This document shows, in pieces, positions 1 through 10,945 of a DNA stretch of 64,000 bases (position 1 is the stretch's first letter; the number at the start of each line of letters is the position of its first letter). The stretch is taken from positions 28,147,360 to 28,211,359 of the forward strand of contig NC_043019.1 in assembly GCF_006345805.1 (NCBI RefSeq), given 5' to 3'. A model generated the notes under the pieces. The model had not been told where the DNA came from. It worked only from the letters and a program-made list of their open reading frames with translations, and did not search any database. This DNA comes from Octopus sinensis (lineage: Eukaryota). The position numbers and the translations under genes are program-made.

Positions 1-129
1 ATGCACTTAATTCAGTATTTTTTTTTTGTAGATAAGGTAGGCATAATTCGCTTCTGCTTTCCAATCTCAGTATTTAAACTATGTATAGTACTGCTGTAGT
101 ACACATGATGCATACACTCCTACAACACC

Positions 130-537
130 GGTTTCTTTATGTGCTATAAAGGCAGAAGTAAATCTGCCTTCAACTCAGTTGCACGCCTGTGTTTCGTTTA
201 TTTTTTGTTTCACTACATAAAAGTCACCAACTGTTCAGTCAGGGTTCAGTCCTTCTTTCTTTCATATACTCGCTCTTTCCCCTCTTATTATTACTCCCAC
301 TGCCACATCAACACTACTATTAATAAAATCATCAACCCTCCTTAAATTTCTTTGTCTCTCTTTCTCTCCCTCTCTTTTTCTTTTTCTCTCCGTCTGTCTT
401 TGCCACCAGCCTCAGCATATCTATGCCTACTATTACTCTCACCCCAGCATGAACAATAGAAGTGTCAATGAATAGAGAAGGGGGCGAAGTGTGACACACT
501 GACACACAGAAATTAGCTTTCACATTTATTATATTAG

Positions 538-538
<1 letters not shown>
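130..538 (-). mobile_element. Helitron-like non-autonomous element, 5' part
   Basis: Starts A|TCTAATATAATAAATGTGAAA..CTGTGTGTCAGTGTGTCACAC, shared with 61050-61318. A 5'-TC after A fits a Helitron; the 3' CTRR end was not identified. Confidence 0.4.
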
Positions 539-579
<41 letters not shown>

Positions 580-1085
580 CATAAAGCAACTTCCATTTCC
601 CAATATATTCCTGCAGCCATGCTTTCTCCTCTCTACTATACTCCATCCTTAACTCTTCTTTATCTACTATTACTCTCAATATCCAAACAACCCCACCCCT
701 GAGCCACTCCTGTATCTCCCACCACTAATTATTACAGTCACCTCTATCCCATCTAACCATCTCTCAGTACATTCTTATGAAGCTTTCCCCTTTGTCCTCT
801 CCTGCCCACCCACCCAGTCTAATCTTCGGTATGACTTCCCTTATATTCTCCTCCCACGTGTGGTCCCAGGAATTTTTCAAAGAGAGGAGACAAGGACAGA
901 AGGGAATACAATTCCAGGAGAAAATGGCGTAATAACATTATTAAGAAGGGTACACTTCTTTTCTTGAGTGGGGACACATGCTTCTCAGGTCCCCACTTGG
1001 GTCCACCCCCGCCTCCCATTGTACCTTGATGGTATGTCCTGACACATATCTGCCACCATCTTTCCCACTTTCTCTATGTTTCTTA

Positions 1086-1315
1086 TTTCTTTATTGCCCA
1101 CAGGGGGCTAAACATAGAGGGGACAAACAAGAACAGACAAACGGATTAAGTCGATTACATCGACCCCAGTGCGTAACTGGTACTTATTTAATCGACCCCG
1201 AAAAGATGAAAGGCAAAGTCGACCTCAGCAGAATTTGAACTCAGAACGTAACGGCAGACGAAATACCGCAAAGCATTTCGCCCGGCGTGCTAACGTTTCT
1301 GTCAGCTCACCGCCT
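1086..1315 (-). mobile_element. tRNA-derived SINE family A (representative copy)
   Basis: Head GGCGRCGAGCTGGCAGAAACGTTAGCACG..GAGTTCAAATTCC (pol III A/B-box-like). Further copies at about 4995-5213(-), 6200-6420, 10310-10520, 19370-19601, 23105-23314(-), 26040-26250, 30890-31030, 38398-38625, 55090-55297 and 62750-62900(-). Confidence 0.85.
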
Positions 1316-1854
1316 TTTTCTCCTCTATGTTTCTGTCTCTCTCTAAGTCTCCTCCCTTCTCTTCTATCTGGGATATCCTTGTACCTTTTATACAGCAAGA
1401 CACCTATTTCTGTCCCTCTGTTTCTCTTTTAACCTCTCAGTAACTGGAACAAACCCACCTCCTTCAATATTAATCTCCTAGTCTAGGGGACTTTGTCTTG
1501 GAAGTTACTTGGTGACGCCGCCAGTGATAGTGCAAGGGGGGGGGGCATCCAGTTTGCTCTGTAAATTGGCTGATGTTTGCATGGACATCTAGTCGTAGAA
1601 ACCATGCCGATTCAGACAACGGGGTCTGGCATAGTCCTCTGGCTTGCCAGCTCTTGTCAGACCGTCCAACCCATGCCAGCATGGAAAGACGCCTTTAAAT
1701 ACACACGCACGCGCGCACACACATACACACAATTAATATTAATACATATATATAGCATATGCATATACACGTTTGTTATACATCATATGTGTTATATTAT
1801 AATTTTAAATAATGGCTAATTCTTAAATAAATAAATAATATTTTACGACATTTA

Positions 1855-1913
1855 CCGGAAATCGGAAGTCGTGAAACAAGTCATAATGTTTATGGAAACT
1901 CAAGATGGTTAGT
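1855..1913 (+). promoter_or_regulatory. Candidate housekeeping-type promoter / first exon (tandem ETS sites, YY1-like CAAGATGG, possible donor)
   Basis: CCGGAAATCGGAAGT (two ETS cores) at 1855-1869; CAAGATG|GTTAGT at 1901-1913, in unique sequence upstream of the zinc-finger ORF. Confidence 0.35.
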
Positions 1914-2659
1914 ACCAAAATCTCTTCTCCATGTCTTATATTTCTCCCTCTCTCTCTTTTCTATTTTTCTTCACTACTAGATGATGTCATTCCTGTTTGT
2001 TATATAAACACTGCTCTTTCTTTTAAACCAAACAATCTATATTAATATCCATTGTGTAATTAACTGAAATCAGTTAAAATCCCTCGGGTATTGTTTTCCC
2101 CTCTGCATTTGCTCTACAAACAATGCACCTGGCTTCCCTGCTTTATTTTCCGTTTCTTCCCTTCTTCTCCCATTTCCCCTCCTAAAATCCCAACGATTTG
2201 TAGTTTTATTGTTCTTAATAGATGTTCTTGTGGCATTACAGTAGTTGTTTTGTTTTAGATTATATTTCGAAATATCAATATATAATAAATAAATAAATAA
2301 ATATATATATATATGCATATAATATATATATATCTTGAATTATTATGAAATAATAATGACATGGAAATTATCTCATTTAAGAAGAAAGGGGGGAAAAAAA
2401 AAAACCTAAAACCCAACTTTTGAAATTAGTCATATTCCAAATTCAAACTGCTTGTCATCACATTTTTTCTTGGTTGAAGAAGTCTTTTGACTTTCTTGCT
2501 TTCACAACCTAAATTATCGAAATTAACCCCCAAAAAATAAATGTATTTGGTTTAAAAAAGAAATATATTTGCGTTACAATATACATAATAACTGACCAAT
2601 TTTTCTTCTTTTAATTTGATTTATATACCCATACAACATACCACCCATATATACATATT

Positions 2660-2809
2660 TATATATATATATATATATATACACGCACAAACGTGCTAAT
2701 ATACATATACATACTTAGTAATTGTGTATATACATACATACATATATATATATACACACGAACGCACAAACGTGCTAATATACATATACATACGTAGTAA
2801 TTGTGTGTA

Positions 2810-2845
<36 letters not shown>

Positions 2846-2995
2846 TATATACACGCACGCACAAACGTGCTAATATATATATACATACTTAGTAATTGTG
2901 TGTATACATACATATATATATATATACACGCACGCACAAACGTGCTAATATACATATACATACATAGTAATTGTGTGTATACATACATACATACA
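2660..2995. repeat. Compound minisatellite, 4 units of 75-95 bp
   Basis: CACAAACGTGCTAATATA..AGTAATTGTGT recurs at about 2691, 2770, 2865 and 2940, separated by variable TA/TACA tracts. Confidence 0.85.
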
Positions 2996-5568
2996 CACTG
3001 GCGGACTTTCGGTATAGCTTTTCAAAACGTGTCGCCCCCCTCTTCCCTCGCCACTTCCCAGTGGTGTTTTGAAATGCTGAAATGTGGAATTATTATAAAA
3101 TGTGGGGAAAATTTCCCGGGGAAAAAGCGGAGAAATTGCTGATTTATTTATATATGTATGATTTTTTCAAAAGGTCGCCAAGTTTATAATTGAATTCTGT
3201 CGCTACTCAGAGTTTTGTCTCTACGCGGGAGCTTTGAAGTGACAAAGAGATTCGGCATATTCTTTCTGGTGAATTAATAAAATCCCTGATATACACTGAA
3301 TACCCCCTCGTGTGTATATTCAAATAAACACACATGCAGCAAATTTGATATCATCGATTGAAGTTACCCCTAACAAATCCAGCAGACCTACGATCAAAGA
3401 CATCACAGCCATGGCCATCCCGCCTATTTGATTTGTGGATATGTGAGACTATATTATTCTCAGACTTATTTAAGACAGTAATATGTAATTCAGGAGGGAT
3501 TTAGCTGGCATTTCTAGCTGTTGGGGGTCTCCGTCGTTCACTTAATTAATAGCTTAAGTGACATGGCTTGACCTCTAGAAGCCAATGCTTCATTGTTCTG
3601 AAGAAATTTGGTCGAAACGATGCTAATTATTATTTTTTTTTTAATCAAGCCTATCTTTATTAAATTAATTTTAACAATTTAGAATGAATGGTCTTCCATT
3701 GTCTCAAACACTTTTTTTCAAAAATTTAATTCTTGTGATTTAATTTATTTAAAAAAAAAATCTTCAGCACAGATAATCGTTAATTATAATTAGCTCTTCT
3801 CTTCTAAATTTCATTTTCACTCAAAATATGAATTCTTCAATATTACTTTTCTCTATGATAATTTTTTGATTTGGAAATTTTTTTTTTATATATATATAAA
3901 TATTGATTATAATATCGATATTTTACCGAAAAAATGCCCAAAGATTATATTTTGGCTTTTGTTCGTGAATAGCATCCCCGAGATATAATAAGTGTTTCAT
4001 TCGACTGTATTTTACTTGTTTCACTCATTGGACTGTGGCCTTGCTGGAGCATTGCCTTGAAGCGTTTAGTCAAGCAAATCGTGCCTCGGTATTTTGAAGT
4101 CTGGTACTTATTCGTTACTCTCTTTTGCCGAACAGCTAAGTTACAGGGATGTAAACAAAACAAAAGCGCTTGTCAAGCAATAGTAGAGTTTTCACACACA
4201 CACACACATCATCATCATCATCATCATCATCATACGTCCGTTTTTCCATGTTGGCATGGGTTGGATGATTTGACAGAAGCTGGCAAACTAAGGAACTACA
4301 CCAGGTGCCAATTGTCTGTTTTGGCATGGTTTCCATGATTGGATGCCCTTCCTAATGCCAACCACTTTACTGGTCCTTTTTTACATGAAACCAGCACCAA
4401 TGCTATTACATAACATGGGTGCTTTTTTATATGGTATCAACACAGGTGTCTTTTACATGGCACCAGGACAGGTACTTTTTTCATGTGGCACCAGCATGGG
4501 TGCTTTTTTTTATGTGGTACCAGCACAGGGACTTTTTACATGGTACCAACATGGAGACTTTTTACATGGCACCAGCATAGGGACTTTTTACATGGCATTG
4601 GCACAAGTACTTTTTCCATGGCACCGGTACATTCACTGTGCATATGCCTTCCTCTGCCACTTCAAGTCAGGGGTCCTCAACCATTTTTTTATCTGTAGAT
4701 CCCTTTGATTACTACTTTATTCTGGTGGACCCCTCATGGCCATTTGAGGTTTAAAATCTAGTTTTATAGAAACTTCTTTCAAAATTCCTTTTTTCACACA
4801 TTGATTTGTGTAGATTGAAGTATGTAAAATGTTAGAGAAAGAAACCTAGCTGTTTCTTGCAATACATACCAATACATCTAAAACAGTGTTTCTCAACGGT
4901 TTTTCACCTATGAACCCCTTTGATTACTATTTTACCTGGATGGACCCTCTTAGCCATTCAGTATTGGCCACGTTCAGATAGTGCATTTTACATACCTATT
5001 TCTTTACTACCCACAGGGGGGACAAACAAGGACAGACAAAGGAATTAAGTTAATTATATCGACCCCAGTGCGTAACTGGTACTTAATTTATCGACCCCGA
5101 GAGGATGAAAGGCAAAGTCGACCTCAGCGGAATTTGAACTCAGAACGTAACGGCAGACAAAATACGGCTACGCATTTCGCCCGGCGTGCTAACGTTTCTG
5201 CCAGCTCATCGCCTTATTTTACATACCACCGACACGAAGGCCAGTGAGGAGGTACTGGCATCAGATACATTCGGTTGGTGCTTTTTACATGCCACTGGCA
5301 CAGGAGCCAGTCAGGGGACACTAGTCACAGCTACAATGTTTAGAATATACGTATGAATAAACTGGAGAACAAGAGAGTACATGATTAACTTTTTGATATG
5401 AACCCACCTAAGACTGTCCAAGTTATGCAATAAAGTATCTTGATATTGTTTCAAACTGCAACAATCTGTGTATCAAGGATTCTTTCCTTTCTTTCCACCT
5501 ATCATTGTGGCCCTTCACACTCTGAGTCAAGAAAAAATTTCATTGGAAATATTTGTTAAAACAAAGAC

Positions 5569-5781
5569 TACCATATTTTTCAGTATACAAGTCAACATAG
5601 TTATATAGTGTAAACATATGGTGTGACCATTCAAACATTGGCACTATCTTTCCAAATCCTGCTGCATTTCACATGGAATGTTTGGTCCTCCAAAGTTGTC
5701 TTGGTGTATAAGTTAACTTACCCTTTTTTGGCCGTAAATTTTGATCTGAAAATTTCGACTTGTATGCTGGAAAATATGGTA
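5569..5781. mobile_element. pogo/Tigger-like MITE
   Basis: TIR CCATATTTTYCAGYATACAAGTCRA at both ends, flanked by TA. Degenerate relatives at about 5915-6100, 21510-21600, 21820-21885, 22510-22620 and 36590-36725. Confidence 0.65.
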
Positions 5782-6745
5782 TGTACAAATGTAAGACTGA
5801 AGGGTGCAGTTTGAAAGAAATTAAGCTGCTGTTTCTAACAGATCTAGCAGCTGTGTAACTATTGTCCTTTGTTAGCTCATGCATACATAAAGTATTTTAC
5901 AATATACAAATCAGTGTTGTATATAGTGTAAACATGTAGCATAAACATTCAAACATTGTCACTGTCTTTCCAAATCCTGTTGCATTTCCCATGGGAGTTT
6001 TGGTCTGAAAATTTCATCTTGGTGTTTAAGTCAACCTACACTTTTTGGCTGTAAATTTTGAAATGGAAAAATTCGATTTGTATGTTGGGAAATATAGTAT
6101 CAATGGTTGGTGGTTACATGGTCATAAAACCAATCTCCTTGCATTGTGTTTTGCCTGACTGACAGCAACTGTGTTTGTTGATAACATATTTATTTGTAAA
6201 AGCAGCGAGCTGGCAGAATCGTTAGTATGCTGGGCAAAATACTTAGTGGCATTTCATCTGTCTTTATGTTCTGAGTTCAAATTCCGCTGAGATTGACTTT
6301 GCCTATCATCCTTTTGGAGGTCAATAGAATAAGGAACCAGCTGAGCACTGGGGTCGATGTAACTGACTTACCCTCCCCTTTCCAAATTGCTGGCCTTGTG
6401 CCAAAATTTGAAACCACCTGTAAATAATAGATGAAATTATGTGATTGATTTGACATTTACAACTTTGTGTTCTTTTCTTTTTCTTTTCAGTGTCTTCCAA
6501 ATATTGTGATTAGAAGTAACAAGAGACAACATTTGTACTTTTGAATTTTGGACTTTTTTTTTTAGAACTTGAAAAAATTTATTTTGATTTTTATTCTTTT
6601 TGTACAAAACAAAGAAAATACAAACAACCGCCCCCGAAGTGTGTCATTCAACCAACCATTTTGTCAAATATTCAGGAATCTATTGTTATTCCTTTCCAAA
6701 GAATCTACTTAATATTTTGTCTCCACTGTTTATAGTATAATCACG

Positions 6746-7495
6746 ATGTCACAACTGCTGAGTAACCCACTAGTCTTTGATTATCCTGACAAAAGTTTTG
6801 AAAATAAGACCCATATGACCTCTGAGATTCCTCCAAAGATTAACGTCTCTTCCGACTTTCCCCACATTTGTGGCTTCTGTGGAAAGGGTTATTGCAGGAA
6901 AGACAGGCTGGATCGGCACAAACTCACTCACTCAGAAGAAAAACCTCATAAATGTGACTTCTGTGGCAAGGGCTACTGCCGAAAGGATCATTTAGACCGC
7001 CATAAAATTACTCATTCAGGGGCCAAACCTCATGAGTGCAATTTCTGTGACAAAAAATTTTACCGGAAAGATCACCTCGACAAACACAGACGGACACACC
7101 TGGGCGGGAAGTTATATTCGTGTGAATATTGCGGGCGAACGTTTTCTCTGAAACTAAATCTCGACCAACACAAACTGATTCACACTAATAATGCGCAAGG
7201 TGGCAGTAGATCTAAAAGTACAACCAACTGCAACGACCCCAGTTCTTCTTATTGCAAGTGCAACTTATGTGGCAAGTATTTCACAGACAAAACTAACTTT
7301 GAGCGACACAAGACCACAAGCAAACCGCAAATGTTCCAGTGCATGTTTTGTGATAAGGCATTTGAGATTGAATGTTTTTTGAACCAACATCTTCAGAGCA
7401 CCCATTCGTCTATTGCTATCAATAACAAAGCCATACAAAAGCAAATAAACAGCTCAGTGAATCTCAACACACCCAATTCTCCATCAAGTGTTTAA
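6746..7495 (+). CDS. C2H2 zinc-finger protein (249 aa ORF; 4 tandem fingers, 1 degenerate finger, 1 C-terminal finger)
   Basis: Uninterrupted ORF with CxxC-x12-HxxxH fingers (CGFC..HKLTH, CDFC..HKITH, CNFC..HRRTH, CEYC..HKLIH) joined by TGEKP-like linkers (SEEKPHK, SGAKPHE). The fifth finger (CNLC..HKTTS) lacks its last His; the sixth is CMFC..HLQSTH. A pyrimidine-rich acceptor ttcttttcag ends at 6490, so upstream exons may exist. Confidence 0.93.
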   Translation: MSQLLSNPLVFDYPDKSFENKTHMTSEIPPKINVSSDFPHICGFCGKGYCRKDRLDRHKLTHSEEKPHKCDFCGKGYCRKDHLDRHKITHSGAKPHECNFCDKKFYRKDHLDKHRRTHLGGKLYSCEYCGRTFSLKLNLDQHKLIHTNNAQGGSRSKSTTNCNDPSSSYCKCNLCGKYFTDKTNFERHKTTSKPQMFQCMFCDKAFEIECFLNQHLQSTHSSIAINNKAIQKQINSSVNLNTPNSPSSV

Positions 7496-9521
7496 AAATA
7501 CATAATATGAAATTCATTAAGAGTAAGTATGTCAGTATGTTAATTGATAAAACTACTCGCTAATTACCAAGCTGCAATCGCCTGACCTCTATAACTGAAT
7601 GGCTTTCATTATGTTGAGAGTATCAACTTAAAAAAATCTATGTGTGGCTATAAGAATAAGGCCTTTTTATTTGAGGAATTCATTATTAGTGTTGAATCTG
7701 TTGCATGGGCTGCTGGTGAGCATTCGAGAAACGAAACCCATACCTGAAGTGTCTTGTACCCTTTTTTTAATTAAAAAAAATCTTCATGCAATTCTCTGAC
7801 AATTTTGGCAGTTGATTGAGATATGCCAGAAACATTGTTAAAAAAGGGGAAATTTGTATGTTTGTGTTTTTTTTTTTTTTTTTTTTAATTTTTTTTTCCA
7901 CTTACAAGATCACACTTAAAAATCAAGCCTGAAATTATTCTTTAAATTTGGGAATAATGATCTTTTTTTAAGTTTAAAATAATTCCAGTTCTTTTTTTTT
8001 TCTCTCTCTTTCTTTTGTGTTTTTGTTTTTCATACATTTCAGTCTATTTGTTAAATTGTGAAATGTGTTAGGTACCCTTACTGAAGTCAGGGTACCAGCT
8101 GGCAACTGTCCACATAATCATGAGCTTTAAAAAACATTTTTAAAAACCTTGCCACCCATTCTCTCTGTGCAAGGCACATTTTTATTGAGATTTGGTTACG
8201 AATCTTATTTCAATCTTTGAATGATTATTGAAGGAAATTTCCTACAAATGTGAAAACGCTTGGCTATGCTACCAAAATTGACAACAGGTCTTTCCACTTC
8301 TTATAAAACGGGGCAAAACAAAATGAATAAACATGAATCAAGTAGCTCTTAAAATACCTTTTGGGGTTTTCTTTTGATCCTTCCAGTGAACTGACTTGAG
8401 CTGAACTGACTAGTTTATATGTTTGAATACTTTTTAAGCACTACTTTGTTGTGTATTGAAACAGTCTACTGAAGTCTACATGACCCAAGTTTTTTTTTTT
8501 TTTTTGTGATATCAAAATGAAATATACCAAACTGCTGAATATTCAGCTTTAATCCATTGCAAACACAATTTTGTTTTGTATTAAGACATTGCATTGAATT
8601 TTGAACTACTTTTGACCCCAACACACATAGCTGTTTAGAAATAGATGTTGTGCCTGGCTGAAACTCTGCCATCAAAAGGCTAGCTTCCTATCCAGTATGC
8701 AATTTATTCTCTTACTCTTTTACAACGACAGGCAATCCTTTACTTAGTTGCTCACCCTGTTTTACAACAGTAGCCAAAGTTTTACCCACTCCTCAGATCA
8801 GACCTTACTACCTTCCCCCCCCCCCCCAATAAAAGCAAACAGACAAACATTAGATAAAGTTGTCCTTTGTATACCACTGGTGAAAATGACAAGATTGTCA
8901 TGGCTGGAATGCCTTTGATCCGAGATCACCCTGAACCAGGGCCAACTTAGAGCTAAACAACAACAGCATCATGAGAGAAAAGCTAAATTCTACCTGTAAA
9001 GAACTACTGGAAACTTTTTTTTTCAACAGTAATTTCCATTGGCTGGCAGAAATTCAAGAATAGTCTTCATTGATTATGTTATAAGCTGGCCATTTAAGTC
9101 AGGCATTCCTGTTGTTGCCAAAGAACCCTGTCTCCCTTTAGCTTGTGTATGTATATGTGTTTGTGTGTGTGTGTGTGCTTATATATATATTTGAATTATG
9201 CAACAGAAGCAGCTCTAGAGTAAAATTTTTTATCTTATAACATTCTTAACATGTATGTATCACTGAAATGCCAGAAACTGCAATTTTCATCTGGGATTAA
9301 GTCTCTCAGAAGTGGCACAAGTAAATGGCATTGACAAGCTGCAAAAACGGTGAAATGCACATCTGTCACTCTTACAGCAACGTCTGAGATGATTTTGTTT
9401 TGCATAGCTCTGAAGTATATTGTGTCTTTTTTAACACAATACATCTAAAAAGGGATTTTTTTCTTAGATGAAAACCACAGCTTCTGGCTTGCCCATGATA
9501 CATACAGGTTGAATATGTTAC

Positions 9522-9579
<58 letters not shown>

Positions 9580-10526
9580 CACAGGTGAGTACATAAGTGT
9601 AAAACAAGGTGGAAAAAATAGTACTCAAATACCAAAGGTAGAATAATATGCTTTTATTAGAGCTGCAAAATTATCACAAAACAACTGTTTGATAAACAGG
9701 AAAGTGAAACTGAGTAACAGATTTGTAATAATTTTGCAGCTTTAATAAAAATATATACATATATATATATAATGTTGATTGTAACAAATAGGAGAAAAAG
9801 TATTCAGTAGCGTATTAGTGTGTGCAGTTTATTTAAGGTGATACCACAGTCTTTTATTTTAGAGTATCCCTAATAGGTTCCTGGTTCCTAAGATGTGGAT
9901 TGAGTGAATCCTTACTATTCCTGTCTTACAAACTGGCAACATTTCAAGTTAGTTCCAGAGTAACAAGCTGCTGCATCTGTCTAAACTCTGTGTGTGTGCA
10001 CACGTGCATGTTCACCCATCAGAAATTCAAGGCCCGTCTAGTTGTTCCAGGTGAAGGGTGACTTGATTTTAGTCAAGAAGTGTTCTGCTCTGTCAGCCTC
10101 ACTCTCTCATCTTTGTCCATTGTCAAGCCGGTGGCCAGACAACGTCAAGATGACTGGGGCTGGAGACTAGTGCAGTGGATGACTAAGATGTTTTGCTCTG
10201 CTCTCCGCAGTGTGTTGTTGCAGTTGCTTTCCTCTCCATTAAGCCATAAAGGTTTCTGCTATAGAGTCTACTGGATACCGTTTTTCACATGCATATATAT
10301 ATAAATATATGAGCTGGCAGAATTCTTAGTATGCTAGGCAAAATGCTTACTGGTATTTCATCTGTCGCAATGTTCTGAGTTCAAATTCTGCCGAGGTCAA
10401 CTTTGCCTTTCATCCTTTCGGGGTTGATAAATTAAGTACCAGTTGCATGCTGGGGTCGATCTAATCAACTGGCCACCTCCCCCAAAATTTTGGGCCTTGT
10501 GCCTAGAGTAGAAAAGAATATATATA

Positions 10527-10903
10527 GTGGAGGTGCAATGGCCCAGTGGTTAGGGCAGTGGACTCACGGTCATAGGATCGTGGTTTTGGTTCCTAAGCCA
10601 CGTATTGTGAGTGTTTATTGAGCGCAACCACCTAAAGCTCCACGAGGCTCTGGCAGGGTGTGGTGGCGAACCCTGCTGTACTCTTTCAACATAACTTTCA
10701 CTCTTTCTTCCTGTTTCTGTTGTACCTGTATTTCAAAGGGCCAGCCTTATCACACTCTGTGTCACACTGAATCTCCCCGAGAACTATGTTATGGGTACAC
10801 GTGTCTGTGGAGTGCTCAGCCACTTGCACGTTAATTTCATGAGCAGACTCTTCCATTGCTCGGATCAACTGGAACCCTTGTCGTCGTAACCGACAGAGTG
10901 CCA

Positions 10904-10905
<2 letters not shown>
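10527..10905 (+). mobile_element. tRNA-derived SINE family C
   Basis: tRNA-like head (TGGCCCAGTGGTTAGGGCAG..) with the conserved core GTGTCTGTGGAGTGCTCAGCCACTTGCACGTTAATTT, which recurs at about 13320-13640(-), 18170-18290 and 33200-33450(-). Confidence 0.65.

Positions 10906-10945
<40 letters not shown>

Noticed and set aside
1169-1432. Recurrent MRNWY...RPRKDERQSRP ORFs (also 4981, 19242)
   Set aside because: Antisense readings of SINE family A, not genes.
4340-4630. ~21-bp TTTTACATGGCACCAGCA repeats resembling a CRISPR-like array
   Set aside because: Degenerate internal tandem repeats of the RTE-tailed element family, without unique spacers, in a eukaryotic context.
9235-9444. 69-aa minus-strand ORF behind an AG acceptor (MYCVKKDT...)
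   Set aside because: No recognisable domain, and no compatible upstream exon found in 9950-10300 (all frames stop).
10527-10600. tRNA-like sequences (also the heads of SINE A and B copies)
   Set aside because: These are SINE heads with degenerate cloverleaves continuing into SINE bodies, not tRNA genes.
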